A DNA stretch of 24,172 nucleotides from Oopsacas minuta (Eukaryota > Animalia > Porifera), in contig JAKMXF010000100.1 in NCBI GenBank assembly GCA_024704765.1, positions 1 through 24,172 of the forward strand, written 5' to 3'. Shown here piece by piece: positions 11,901 to 23,150 of the stretch. The position numbers and the translations under genes were made by a program. The notes under the pieces are model-generated. The model had not been told where the DNA came from. It made no database searches and saw nothing but the letters and a program-made list of their open reading frames with translations. Position 1 is the stretch's first letter. Each line of letters opens with the position of its first letter.

Positions 11901-12307
11901 CTAAGCAGAATTGATTGGAAATGGCCGATTGATACTGAATATGGTACACAAGACATTATTTATGATGTGAATAACTGCAGGTGACAGTTAGGTGATTGAG
12001 AGGTAGGTTATACACCGATGCAAACAAAGAAGAGTACGTTGACTAAATGATCAACAAATGTGCAGGATGAAATCAAATTCACCAAATGAAAGGGAACTTT
12101 ACCAACTGCTGGAAAATAGTAGGGGGTTATCCCACAACCCCCGCGGAACGTCCGGAGATGAGTTTATAATTAGTGAAAATGTTTTCATCAAAACGTTTGG
12201 GATTTATGGGCACCTTTGATTTAATTTGATGCCTTCTAGCTTATAAGTTATAACACACCTGCATTAAAGTAAATTGGAAAATAACAATTGTATAGTGTAA
12301 AGCTAAC

Positions 12308-12436
12308 CTGTAAATGATTCGATTGACCGCAAAAGATGTCTCTATGATACCTGTGGTCATCACCCTTGCTCTAAGTACATCATCTTGATCAGGGAGGTAA
12401 TTTGGAGATAGGATTCTATCCATGTTGGCAAAGAAA
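12308..12436 (-). CDS. Internal exon of a heterotrimeric G-protein alpha subunit (switch I region; G-alpha-v/Gi-like)
   Basis: ttag|T TTC TTT GCC AAC ATG...TAC AG|gttag encodes (Y)[42 protein letters not shown](R). It has AG/GT splice sites and no stops. Its 129-bp length and phase 2/2 boundaries match the equivalent GNAI/GNAO exon, and the switch I Arg and Thr are intact. Confidence 0.93.
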
Positions 12437-12440
12437 CTAA

Positions 12441-12466
12441 ATTATATAATTATATAATTATATAAT
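12441..12466. repeat. (ATTATATA)x3 short tandem repeat just upstream of the exon acceptor
   Basis: attatataattatataattatataat, seen directly. Confidence 0.8.
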
Positions 12467-14205
12467 ACTACAGAACAACCGTTTTACCAAAGGTTTCCCA
12501 GAGCTCTTTAGTTTACGGAAATTCTAAAAAAACAATTGCGAATTCAGAAATGATACAACTTAGATTGTAAATATTTACATGGTAAGTTAAGGCATTCCCC
12601 AGTTTAGTGATAAAGTATCGATTAATCAATTGAACAATGATTTGGTTTCATTTGTTACTAGAAATTAAGCGAGATACATGGGTATTAGATAAGGTTTGTC
12701 GTTCGATATGTTCTGAGTAATCCACTAACTCCGAATTAGGCCACAAGTTAATTTCCCCAGTTTAACATTATAGATAATATTTCAAGAAGATACATAGCAT
12801 TTTCTGCATTCGATGACGCTTTAACTCGGGAGACATTCTAGCCCGTCACACACAGCTGATTCTCACTCCACATCGCTTGAAAAGATATTCTCTCAAGTTT
12901 TTAATTAGGTTTTGGGAATAGATATAAGTCAAGGAGGATAAGTCTAGAGAATATAGCAATGTGATAGGGTGGACGCACCATCCTTGAAAATACTACATAA
13001 TCAGTGTAGAATGAAGGGCAGGGGCATTATCATTGTGTATTTCATAACCTTGAGCTCAGACTGAGGTATTGATTGAGGTATCCAGTGTTATCTATTGTAG
13101 AGCCTTCAAATCTACCAATTGGACGAGCCTATTCTCTAACTGGTAATTGGTCTGGTTGAAATAATTACTACAAAGAAATACCAAGATGCATATTCTCCAG
13201 AAAGCGGATCCTGATGGTGTATCCATGTTTAACCCTCAGTAAACATGTCATAAACTACATACCATCATTTGAATTGTTTCCATCAAGCATAAAATGACAA
13301 AACCTGACACCTCCCTCATTCGGGGCTTGAGCAAATTTTTGTGGTATCCACCGACAACATAGCTCCTTCAACAAAATGTATTAGTGAATGATGGTTCAAT
13401 CACTGTCACCTTTGCTTCTATGCATTTAATAAGTTATTTTTTATTATTTATGAGGACATATCAGAGTTATTCTCCAGTGGTACTTATGTGATGGGGGAAC
13501 CAGGCCTCGGATTCTCTTCCGATAACTACCCTTCCGTTTTAAACTCTCGATAATGTATCATTCGTAAACACAATATCATCTCCTAAACTCGAAGTGTCTG
13601 GTTGTTGACATCTCAAGTCTGAAGCTATTATAGACTATTGTTCGTATTTCGCCATTATTGAGAGTTACCATAGTTAAATGGAAAAATGTTAAATCAAGTA
13701 GATTTAACTTGGGCTAAATTGAAGTCTATTGCAATCTTAGAACATATAAATGACCAAACTGTGCAATACGAGTGCTGCTGCTTGAAAGGTTCAAGATAAT
13801 TAGAAAAGAGTTTCAAATTTGAATTGGAGCGTTTCTTTGACATATTAATTAAATAAGCATCAGATGACGTAATTTTTATCGGAAAATATCTTCTAAATAT
13901 AGACTACGTCATAGCATTCTATACACTAAGGCAATGGCGCGCTTAAAAATATTTGGGCCAGGGATTGGTTAGTGAATTAAAGAAGTGATTATGATATATA
14001 TTGATTTTTGTGAATATTTGATAATATAAACTAAGTTTATCACCCTTACCATTAGTTTAGAATAATTTTAAAGTATATTGAGGCAATTTAATGTATTTTC
14101 ACACTTTTTACAAGGGAAGGATGATTAAAATACATATAAATAATAATAATATAACAAGCAATAACAATGATGTAGAACATAGTTTTGTGTATTCATTGAG
14201 ATATA

Positions 14206-14336
14206 TAGTGGAACCTCCAGCAACGGGGGACTCTCTTAAAAGGGCGGCGTAGATAGGCTTCAATTACGTCAATTCTCAAGCATATGAACCTCTGAAAGTG
14301 GGAGCCCTAATCTCCCCACTCCGGGAGGTTCCACTG
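14206..14336. mobile_element. 131-bp Tc1/pogo-type MITE inside P2
   Basis: TA|tAGTGGAACCTCC ... GGAGGTTCCACTG|TA: 13-bp TIR with one mismatch and a TA duplication. Confidence 0.85.
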
Positions 14337-14349
14337 TAGTATTTCTTGA

Positions 14350-17300
14350 AATAGAAAGATTCTGTCCTCGTCTAGCTGTGATAACTGCGTGTCTTAACTA
14401 GATGGTGTTTCGCTCATCGTCTAGTTTTAGTAAAGCTGCAAACTTTAGCACTATTTAAGTTGAATATCTAGAAGATCAGGAAGAATTAGGAAGCAAATTT
14501 GTAAAGTTTGGTATTATCGTTATTAAAATTCTTTACTTTCTTAGATAAAATGCAATTTGCTACTGTTGTGAATAATTTCTTAAGAATATCCCATTTTGAT
14601 GTCTTACATACACACCACCCCTGCAGATATCGCTGGAATTTCTTTCAATTTCAAGCAGCGTAATTTCAACTAGTTTCTACGACAGGGTCCCTCATAAAAT
14701 CGACGACTTAAAATAGGATGATTATCGATCTTACTAAATATTTCGCACATAGTTAGGACAGATTGATAGACACATTCTGATGGATAATTAAGGGAACCTC
14801 TATCAAGCAGATCAATTAATGATAATCCTGTATCGTTATTAATATGAATATCTTTTGGACTAGTCAAAAATTCATGGCAAACTGAATATTCGGAAAATTG
14901 TTTAAAATAAGAAAATATTGCATATCCGGCTACATAATTAAGGTATTCAATTTGAGAGTTATCAAAAATAGGAGATTTGATATCAAGCAACTCATCTGTA
15001 AAATTCTCTGTATAAATTTCTAAGTGTCTTCATCATTTTCATCTGCAAAAAATCTTAAATATTCTTTAATACATATTGTATGGGAACCAGTTTGTTCAAT
15101 ATACAGAAATTTAAGATGGTTAGATAACTGAAGTTTACGCTCACTCTCTAAAATTTGACAATAGGATATGTTATAATGAGAGCCAGACATCTGGCGATAA
15201 AGACCAAAGTGGTGATCTAATGGGTCGTTTTGTATTCGGGATGTCAGTAAATATTCATAACCACATTCTAGTGTTAATCTTGAATTAAGAGTGGAAGAGC
15301 CAGGCAAGTGTGTCTTAAACTGGTAATGTTTGAGGTGCAAGCTTTCCCCTAGTTAATGGAATAGCTCTCCAACAATCTAGCTATTTAACAATGTTTTCCA
15401 AAACAATAATCTTTCGTCGTTATGGCGAAGTGGGGCTAGATATGGATTATTGAACGAATGTCTTTCCTACCCAATTTACATTGAAAATGCTCCAGATGGT
15501 GTTTATCAAGTTGAGAAAATCAACCGTTTGATGGGTTTTACCAATGTTAGTATGATTAATAAAACTAGAAAGACCTGCAGCTGTAGATTCATGAAAAATT
15601 TCGAAGCTAATTCACATTTTGTATAATTGAGATGGCCAACATGATTTTGAAGTCAATTTGGGGGGTTCTCTTAATGACGGAAATTTATCAGCCTTAAACA
15701 GGCTCCGAAGATCGTCAAATGCTGCATAACATATTGCGGGGTAACTAGACTGCGTCATTGGAGTGGTATTCAAAATAATGTTGGCAGTAGGAAGAGAAAT
15801 TCTTAACTGAGTGGAAGATAGATGTACGGAATGTGTTAGAAAATCTATCGTACAGTTATCAAACTTGGGATATATAAATTTAGCCAATAATACGAATTGA
15901 CTTGATCTGGCGCACAATCTCAAAAAATAATATAAGATATCGCTTTGGATTCGAAGGATGTATAACCTTAGTGTGCAATGTTTTCCCGTCATCAGAAAAT
16001 AACTCATAAAGGCTAACATTTAAAGGGTAGTTGTCAGTATAAATTGCTTAGACGAAGAGACCACAAGTCTCGATATCATTTATAGCTTTGGTAACTATCG
16101 GATGTAAATAAGCAGCAGAGGAAGACCCCAAAGGTATGAGACGCACTATGGTTGAAAACATTCTCATTAAACTTGAAACCATCAACGAAAAGACAGTTGT
16201 TGCAGGATCGTTAGGATTATCAATAGATCCAAAAATTTTACCTCCTTTATATGATACATCACTATGTATATGTACTTCATCCATTTGAAGTATCACATGG
16301 CGTTCCCCGTCACTAAACTTAAAGGTTATTTCCTTAAGAATTCGAAAACAATCACCATCTATCCTCAGAGTGTTTTTATATGAAGCAAGTTTCGCTCTAG
16401 TGGGAATATTAAACAATTAGACGACTGTATATTTCTATAACAAGCTGGTGATAATCCGTGAATTTTAAGTGAAAACACTTGGGTTAATATATTACACCAT
16501 CGAATAGTTTTGAAATAATCGCATTTGCCAGTCGTCCTACAATAAAATGCAATAAAATTTTCATAGATTCAGTACAGGAGAAAACATTGTCAGTTATATC
16601 TAGAGCATGTGCTTCAACCAGGTTAATTGGGCTTTTTAACTGATTGATAGTTAACTTTATATGAGTGTCAATTGAAGTCCAGAGGTGGTTCGCTCACATG
16701 TGTTGGTGTGGTAAATTTATCTACTTCATTAAGTGAACTCTCATTTTGGCGGGTGTCAGTAATTGAAATAGTGGAAATAAAAATTGGACTGCTGTTAATA
16801 CCAAATGCTTTGATAAACAAATCATGGTTAATTGAAACTGAACGTTCGATGATAGGTCCGGAATCAGCAATGACAATTTTCAAAAAAATATACGTAAAGG
16901 ATTGTTCTCGAAAAAGTGAGAAATCCAATCGTTCTTGAGATCTATCAAATGAAACAAAGAAAGAAGTTCAGAAAATGAATCAACAAGAAACTTATCTATT
17001 GTTTCTTCGTTATCAGGTAAGCTCTGAGTGTAGGAAGCTTCCATCATTAACTGTTCCTTGTCATCTTTTGAAAGTCTCTTTGGTTTTGAATTCAAGTCAG
17101 ATAGGTAGGAAGGACAGTAGGGAAATACTGCATCATCTTTAGGGCCACTGTGTCACGGATGCCAGTGACAGTTCGTAGTCTATCAAAATATTGGTGTGTT
17201 ATCTCGATGTCATCTTCTCTGAAATGATCCATACATACCTAAATATACAAATGGAAATATATATACGGTAGGAATGTAAATTAATGATTCCAATAGAATA

Positions 17301-17457
17301 CCTTCATGTATTTGTTGCCTTCATAATCCTTCCTTGGTCAAGGAATGGCTCTGAACCATAGTTCGCGTAATCGCATGTCTTTGGGAAAATTGAAAATTGA
17401 GGTAGATTAATCTTCGCCTAAATAGTTAGATCTGCAGCCTGGGACAAGACAGGACAT
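14350..17457 (-). pseudogene. Second THAP/P-element-family transposase, disrupted
   Basis: THAP exon MSCLVPGCRSNY...FNFPKDMRLRELWFRAIP...YMK, then VCMDHFREDD...LK. Core motifs ILQMDEVHIHSD, YTDNYPLN, LTSKSCWPS, IQNDPLDHHFGLYRQMSG and LDRGSLNYP. In-frame stops and frameshifts; 3' end approximate. Confidence 0.95.
17239..17301 (-). other. 63-bp GT-AG phase-0 intron inside the THAP domain of P2
   Basis: AAG|gtattc...tatttag|GTA TGT ATG GAT CAT TTC. Removing it joins YMK to VCMDHF and restores THAP spacing. Confidence 0.75.
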
Positions 17458-18639
17458 CTGAATAGTCAAAATAAGTTGTAGTTGAAAGTAGTAAGTAGAT
17501 GATGAAAGTGGTCATGAAAATAGAACGTTATGAGGTATTCGTAAAAATTTTGCAAAGATAAATTCTGGGTGGATAAAAAACATGATGAATTCCAAGCTGC
17601 TACTTAGTAGATTTGATGTTAGGACCTAGTACCTCTAAAATAAACATAATTTTAGCATTTACATCATGCTATACTTATCATCACTAGACGTAATGATTGA
17701 TAAACTTCTTTCACTATCATTATGGCGTCTATTCCATAAATATTAACGGAAAATTGGAATAGCGATAAAAACGTAAAAGTGAAATATCAGAGTATGATTC
17801 AAAGTATTCTAATAAGATTTACTAGAAGTTGATGATGGGGTTGAATTTATAAAATTATCATCAAATTTCAAATTTCCCAAGATAAAATTTAAAAAATCAA
17901 TATACAATATCTGATTAACTAACCAATCCCTGATCCAAATATTCTAAGCGCACCATTGCCTAGTGTATAGAATGCTATGGCTGCGCGTATTATTAAATAT
18001 CAATAATACATTTTTACTCGGGTCAAAATGTACCAGGTTGACTTTATAGTAGAATATCTACAGTCACTAGTCCAGAATTTTCCGAAATACTTGATCTATG
18101 CTGGGGGGCTGGAGGCTCCCATTGTCATATTCTTAGACATGGGCGTGACCTTCGATAAATAAGGCCATACTACTAACAATCATTTCAAGGACCATGGATT
18201 ACTTTAAGTCCATTAAATCTGATAAGGCAATAATAATATTATTCACTATAATCCAAATTTTTGTATTTTAGCCTGAATAAATGTATTATTGTTAGTTAAC
18301 ACAAGCTATATTATCCGACGAGTCCCAGGTCGAAATGACTCCATCTGATTGGTTAAAACGGGAATATGATGTGAATTTGAGCCAGTGTTCAAGCTCTGTC
18401 AAATGTTCAATATTCTGTCGTCTACTCTAAAATTAACACAAATTGATCCAAGGATGTTTTCATACAAATATCATTACGATAATAAAGTCCTCGGGTTCCA
18501 GAGTTATAGTAGAGACCATGGATGACACATTTAGCTAATATACAGGTCACAGAAATGCAAACAAGGAAATTCAGATTATTGAAAATACAGGAAACTATCG
18601 TTATAACTAAGTACTTAGTACACCGGTTTCATTGTGCTA

Positions 18640-18830
18640 TAAGCGAACTAAAACACATCACTTTCAAGCTATAGAAAGTCAAGAATCAATTCGATTGAAA
18701 AGTAAAAGGACGGAGGAGCAGAATCGCAATTATCTTCGAATGGCCATTTTTGGTTAGCTTTAGAGGAGAAAATGCATTATTCACCACTGGGTTATCAAAC
18801 CTAGGAATTCGATTAAAATAGTCAAATATA
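18640..18830 (+). pseudogene. Fragment of a hAT transposase (DUF4371-like region)
   Basis: QAIESQESIRLKSKRTEEQNRNYLRMAIF, followed after a frameshift by RGENALFTTGLSNLG. This resembles the hAT N-R-x-Y-L...L-A-F-R-G...N-x-G-N-F motif. Confidence 0.5.
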
Positions 18831-19312
18831 TGACTTAAAATTTCATGTTATAACGTCATCGAGGATTTATTGAATTGTATTTTACTTCATCAGAGGTGTT
18901 TATATTGCAGCAAGGATATATGTATATAGCTATATAGTATTTCCATATAGGATATCAGCCGGGCGGTTAGATCAAAATCATTAGATATTATTGTTTGGTT
19001 TCCAGATAATTTATTATGACGTTATTATAATTTCATTAGATGCGTGTAATCTCAGAAATGGCAATTATTTTACAGTCAGAAAGTACTATTATGCCATTTG
19101 CTTAAGAAATTTAACCTTAAGTTAATATTCAACCAGAATTTGGTACAATATATTGTATAATGAATTCAAAACTGTCAATATCGGATTCGACTTATTTGTA
19201 TATTTAGTGAAGTCTATTTAATTCCTATTAACTTCCTTGATGAACACGATTAATACATAATTAGGCGACAATTTCAAAATTGCATACCGTAAATCCTTTC
19301 CGTGACAACGGT

Positions 19313-19332
19313 CAAACAAACAAACAAACAAA
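19313..19332. repeat. (CAAA)5 microsatellite
   Basis: Seen directly; followed by ...aattatatagat. Confidence 0.85.
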
Positions 19333-19516
19333 CATCAATTGAGAATTAATTATATAGATAGGCCAGTAAATGTGCAAAATACTTTTGGCCAAAACTTGGT
19401 GTCCAATAGGAATCGCCTGTGCTGTATGTAGGCTAGCTAATTCAGTTGCTGTTAGGTCAACTTTTTATTGTTATTTTCGTAATCAGGATCAAATTTCCAG
19501 CAATTTGATATAAATA

Positions 19517-19546
19517 TGAGCGGTGTTTGATAAGTTCGTGGCCTGA
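19517..19546 (+). mobile_element. Possible isolated mariner-type terminal repeat
   Basis: TA|TGAGCGGTGTTTGATAAGTTCGTGGCCTGA resembles mariner TIRs. A similar TA|CAAGGGTTGTTCAATAAGT starts at 9584. No partner ends found. Confidence 0.35.
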
Positions 19547-22024
19547 TATAGAAACAGTTAAGCAGTAGCTCTAAAGTGTTTTATACTTGCAAACCTATTA
19601 TGCAGTCTAATCGTTGAATATTTCTTTGCGAAAGTTCTTATGTAAACAGGTCTGGGTTAGGATAAAGCATAGATAAATTTGGAGATCATGTAATGTCTCA
19701 CTATATTCAGGATTAATACCTTAGTATTTACGTACATTACTCTATGCCATGAAACTAATAAAGAATGCTTGACTAACAATTAATGCTCATGATATTTTAA
19801 TGTTGTTCATTCGTGGGTTGATAGTGATATTTATAACTAGATGTCCAAATTTATCCATCCTCTACAGTAACCAGTGACTCAAACGCTCGGATTTTCTCGC
19901 ACGTGTAGAAAAAAACCCCAAGACTTGGGATTATAATCTGAAGTTTATAGATGATTTGATTTCGTTCAAAGAATATTCTCTCAATCCTTGGACAAATTTC
20001 GATCGTTGCTGCCTCAAACTTCCTGTACATTAATTATATTATAGGTAGGTGACAAAGAACTACTCTCCATAACACTTTGTTAGAATAACTTGGGATTTTT
20101 GTATATAAAGTTGGGATTATTTTATGCTTTAGCTTGGGTCTTTTAGAAATTTAGGTTGGAAACACAGACCATAACTCAGACCAGTCTATACAAATATATA
20201 GTTAAAAACAAAAGTACTGAACGGTTTGACAGCACAATAGGTTTACAAGAACATAAAAAATGCATATTTCTATACACAAAGTATTTAAAACTAATGTATT
20301 AAGAGTATCTAAATCACGCCACGAACTAATCAATCAAACCTGGTCTTGACTATATTCGGAAGGATTTTTTCATTGCAACGTAAAATTGTTCAGGAATGTG
20401 ATAACATTCCATTCTCAAATGTTGTTCGAAATCAATCGGGTGATTCCCTTGTTCAACGCCGCTGGGCAAAATGAGTCTACTTATGCATATATCGACCCTT
20501 TAAATGATCATTGAACACAATTTTACTAGACAGACCTCTGTGGCCTTCAATTTCTTGATACTAGCTCACTTCGCTTGCTAGGTCGCTGTGCGACAGCTTA
20601 ATGCCACAGAATAGCTTAAGTAGCAAACAGCAAAATTCCTTGATATTTTGTCGCTACGCGAGTGAATATACTGTCAAAATGTGCCTCGAGGTTAATTTTC
20701 GTGGAAATATTCATTTTTATTATCCATAGTCCATCCAAAATCCAGTTAATGGCCTCAAGTGGTATTACTGGAGCTGTTAAGTGGCTTTTGGTTCGAAATA
20801 TGGGCATTTCGTGCCTCGAGTATTGTAAATTCTCAAAAATATTAAAATTCAGAAATTTTATAATTTGTACAGATGATAACGTATTCATTCCATAGTGAGT
20901 TTGCATTTAGCTAAAATCATAACGCCAGGACTTTGACACATTGAGAGGTATGTTGTATTAAGCCCAATTAGGGGCTTAAATGGCTCTCTAATTATTCGGC
21001 AAGTCCCAAATAATTATTAACATGGTAAGTATATACCTGTTGTAGGATTTACGGGAGTTGGCGATGTATATATTTATTTGAACATCTTTCACAGTCTAAA
21101 CTACCTACGAAATAATTTGTTTCTCGATGGGATAAGTCTTAACAATAGTTCGACTGTAGTTAGTTTAGAGTTTAGACACAGACAAACATATTAAATAAAA
21201 TCCAAGATATTTAATGATTCTTTTCCACAATGATTCGAGATAGTCTATGCATTCCCAAGTGGGGCAGATACATCACCATGCCCGTAGATGCTAACTAAAG
21301 GTACATAATATGTACATTAAGAATTATTAGGAACCTGGCGAATAATTAGAGAGCCCTTCGGGCCTTCTAATTTGGTTTATATTTCGAGAATTGATTGAAA
21401 AAACTGGGAGACACCCGGGCTGATTTTTGGAATACAGGGATATTTTAGGTCTGGATCGGACAAGTTCGAGTCTTCGATGAAAATTCACAATTATTACGAA
21501 ATCATAACGTAATTGTCACCTTTATTAATTTTCGAAAAGAACATTATTAGCTACTACTCAGCCAATATACATGATAGGAGTTTTAAATTTGAATCATAGG
21601 TACCACTCAAAGTGGCAAATGTCCTGACGTCATGATTTTTAATAAATGCAAACATATCATGGAATGATTCCGATATAATGACTGTCCAAAAATACAAATT
21701 TTCCCAATTTCAAAAATGAGAAATATTAATATTTGAGGTGTCGTGAAACTCACTTGTGCCACGTAATTATGTAATCACAAACTCGAGCCTGTAAGATTAT
21801 TAGAGTTAAGTAAGTGCAACACAATCTACCTTGATTAACTACTATATTAATACAGCCTTAAGATACTGAATACCAGTTGTAGGATTAAAGTTTCGATATG
21901 GATTTGGACTATCTAATTTACTACACACTTTATCCTATATCACAATTATGCAATCTCTTTCCGTTACATCAGATATCCCTCCAAATAAACAAAAACCACT
22001 TTAATGCTACCAGGATAACAGATT

Positions 22025-23150
22025 TCCATACCGCTCGGTTTCTGAATGCTTCTTGATGACATTCTTAAACCGCTTTTAGCTCTCTTGTGCTGTTCCTGTT
22101 GAACTAGTTCATCATCATCGTTCACTTGTATTCGTTCACATGCTCCCCTTGACAATTCTTTTCTTCGTGCGAACTGGCACGATCGGAGCTTTGTTTATCT
22201 TGGTCCTGCTGTTCCCAAGCCTACGGGTGGATACTCTATATACCTTTCCCACATAATATTGGAACAATCTCACTATTGTCTACGTGAACTAATTTTTATC
22301 CCTTGAACCTTACATTCGACTGCTTGAATTCCATTAACTAGTATGGCCCCGCGAAATATAGGGTCCAGAAGGTCTTCACGTGTGAAATCTCATAAGACAG
22401 GGCCCGGGTTATCACTACAGAAGGTTCGCTGAGCATACTCCTGTCATTGAACCTCTTTGCTCGCTGCTGTGACTCATGCGAATTTTCACACACTTCATCT
22501 TGTATTCCATTTTCTACTAGATATTTTTCTAAAGGATCGTCTAGATTGGGACCTTGCCTAGTCTCTATATTCTCATATTACCATAGCTAAAGGTGATCTA
22601 AGCTGTGTACCAGATATTATTTCATGAGGTGTGAACTTGGTACGTGAGATTATGATTGAATTAGGTGAGAAAGAGGCTTATTGTAAAATAAGCCTCTTTC
22701 TCACCACACATATCATTGACGAATACTGGGGGGTAGGGACATTCTAATAATGCCTCGCAACCCAAAAGGCATCTGATAAATAAAATTGCCCTCAAATAAA
22801 CGCGAACGATGTTAGTTCTTTGTCCTCCTCTCTCATTTGGACGCTACAGTACGGGGAAGCAGCGTCTAATGTTGAAAAGAACTACTATCCCCCTAAACGA
22901 TCAAATGTATCACGAGGGTCTGGCCTTGACGCGCATGACGAATCGTTAAAGTCTCTATGATCAACCGCAAAGCGTTGTGTGCCATCCTTCTTCTCTACTA
23001 GAATGACCCGACTTCAATGGTGACTCGATGAACCTACAATCCCGTTTATTACCATCTCATCAATTCAATATGTGACTTCTGCCTCTATGTCAGGGATAAG
23101 CGTAACGGTCGAGGATCCACAAGTGTAATGGTATTTCCTTCTAAGGATAT
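22025..23150 (-). pseudogene. Decayed, internally deleted Ty3/Gypsy pol (RT N-terminus fused to integrase C-terminus)
   Basis: RT: IDEMVINGIV...VILVEKKDGTQRFAVDHR...DRLGG..FFSTLDAAS...EEDKELTSF...MPFGL (~23080-22752). Integrase tail: TKFTPHEIISG.QLRSP, QQRAKRFNDR, AGPY, VHVDN, and RMSSRSIQKP (~22660-22025). The rest of RT, RNase H and the integrase core are absent. Confidence 0.88.
22664..22705. repeat. Perfect hairpin with a 19-bp stem and 4-nt loop
   Basis: GGTGAGAAAGAGGCTTATT-gtaa-AATAAGCCTCTTTCTCACC. Confidence 0.95.

Larger units (their letters stand above)
13910..17979 (-). mobile_element. P-like element P2, 4070 bp, with TIRs
   Basis: TIRs at 13910-13973 and 17918-17979: first 19 bp identical (CATAGCATTCTATACACTA), and 4 substitutions plus 2 indels over ~63 bp. 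CA...TG termini. Flanks actacgt and gctgcgc may be a decayed 7-bp TSD. Confidence 0.9.

Noticed and set aside
12122-12142. gggggtt-atcccac-aaccccc stem read as a terminator
   Set aside because: A 7-bp stem in eukaryotic repeat DNA with no upstream gene; expected by chance or repeat origin.
12241-12423. ORF-track protein of 60 aa taken as a complete gene
   Set aside because: G-alpha similarity stops at the GT donor (12307). The remainder is intron read-through, and the Met is internal to the exon.
12485-12530. Minus-strand TKELWETFG as part of the preceding G-alpha exon
   Set aside because: It hits a stop within a few codons, lacks the LNDSA end and has no suitable donor site.
16668-16938. 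Overlapping antisense ORFs (also 2473-2730, 4158-4346, 23558-23758)
   Set aside because: Shadow or alternative frames of decayed transposase sequence.
6185-17457. Domesticated THAP9-like host genes
   Set aside because: Both copies carry many stops and frameshifts and lie within inverted repeats, so they are transposon relics.
4942-17979. Composite transposon of P1 and P2 carrying the G-alpha exon
   Set aside because: The outer ends are unrelated in sequence (GTGACC... versus ...CTATG) and there is no shared TSD.
20616-20906. Opposing ORFs of 96 and 77 aa
   Set aside because: No recognisable motifs; AT-rich codons in a probable repeat interior.
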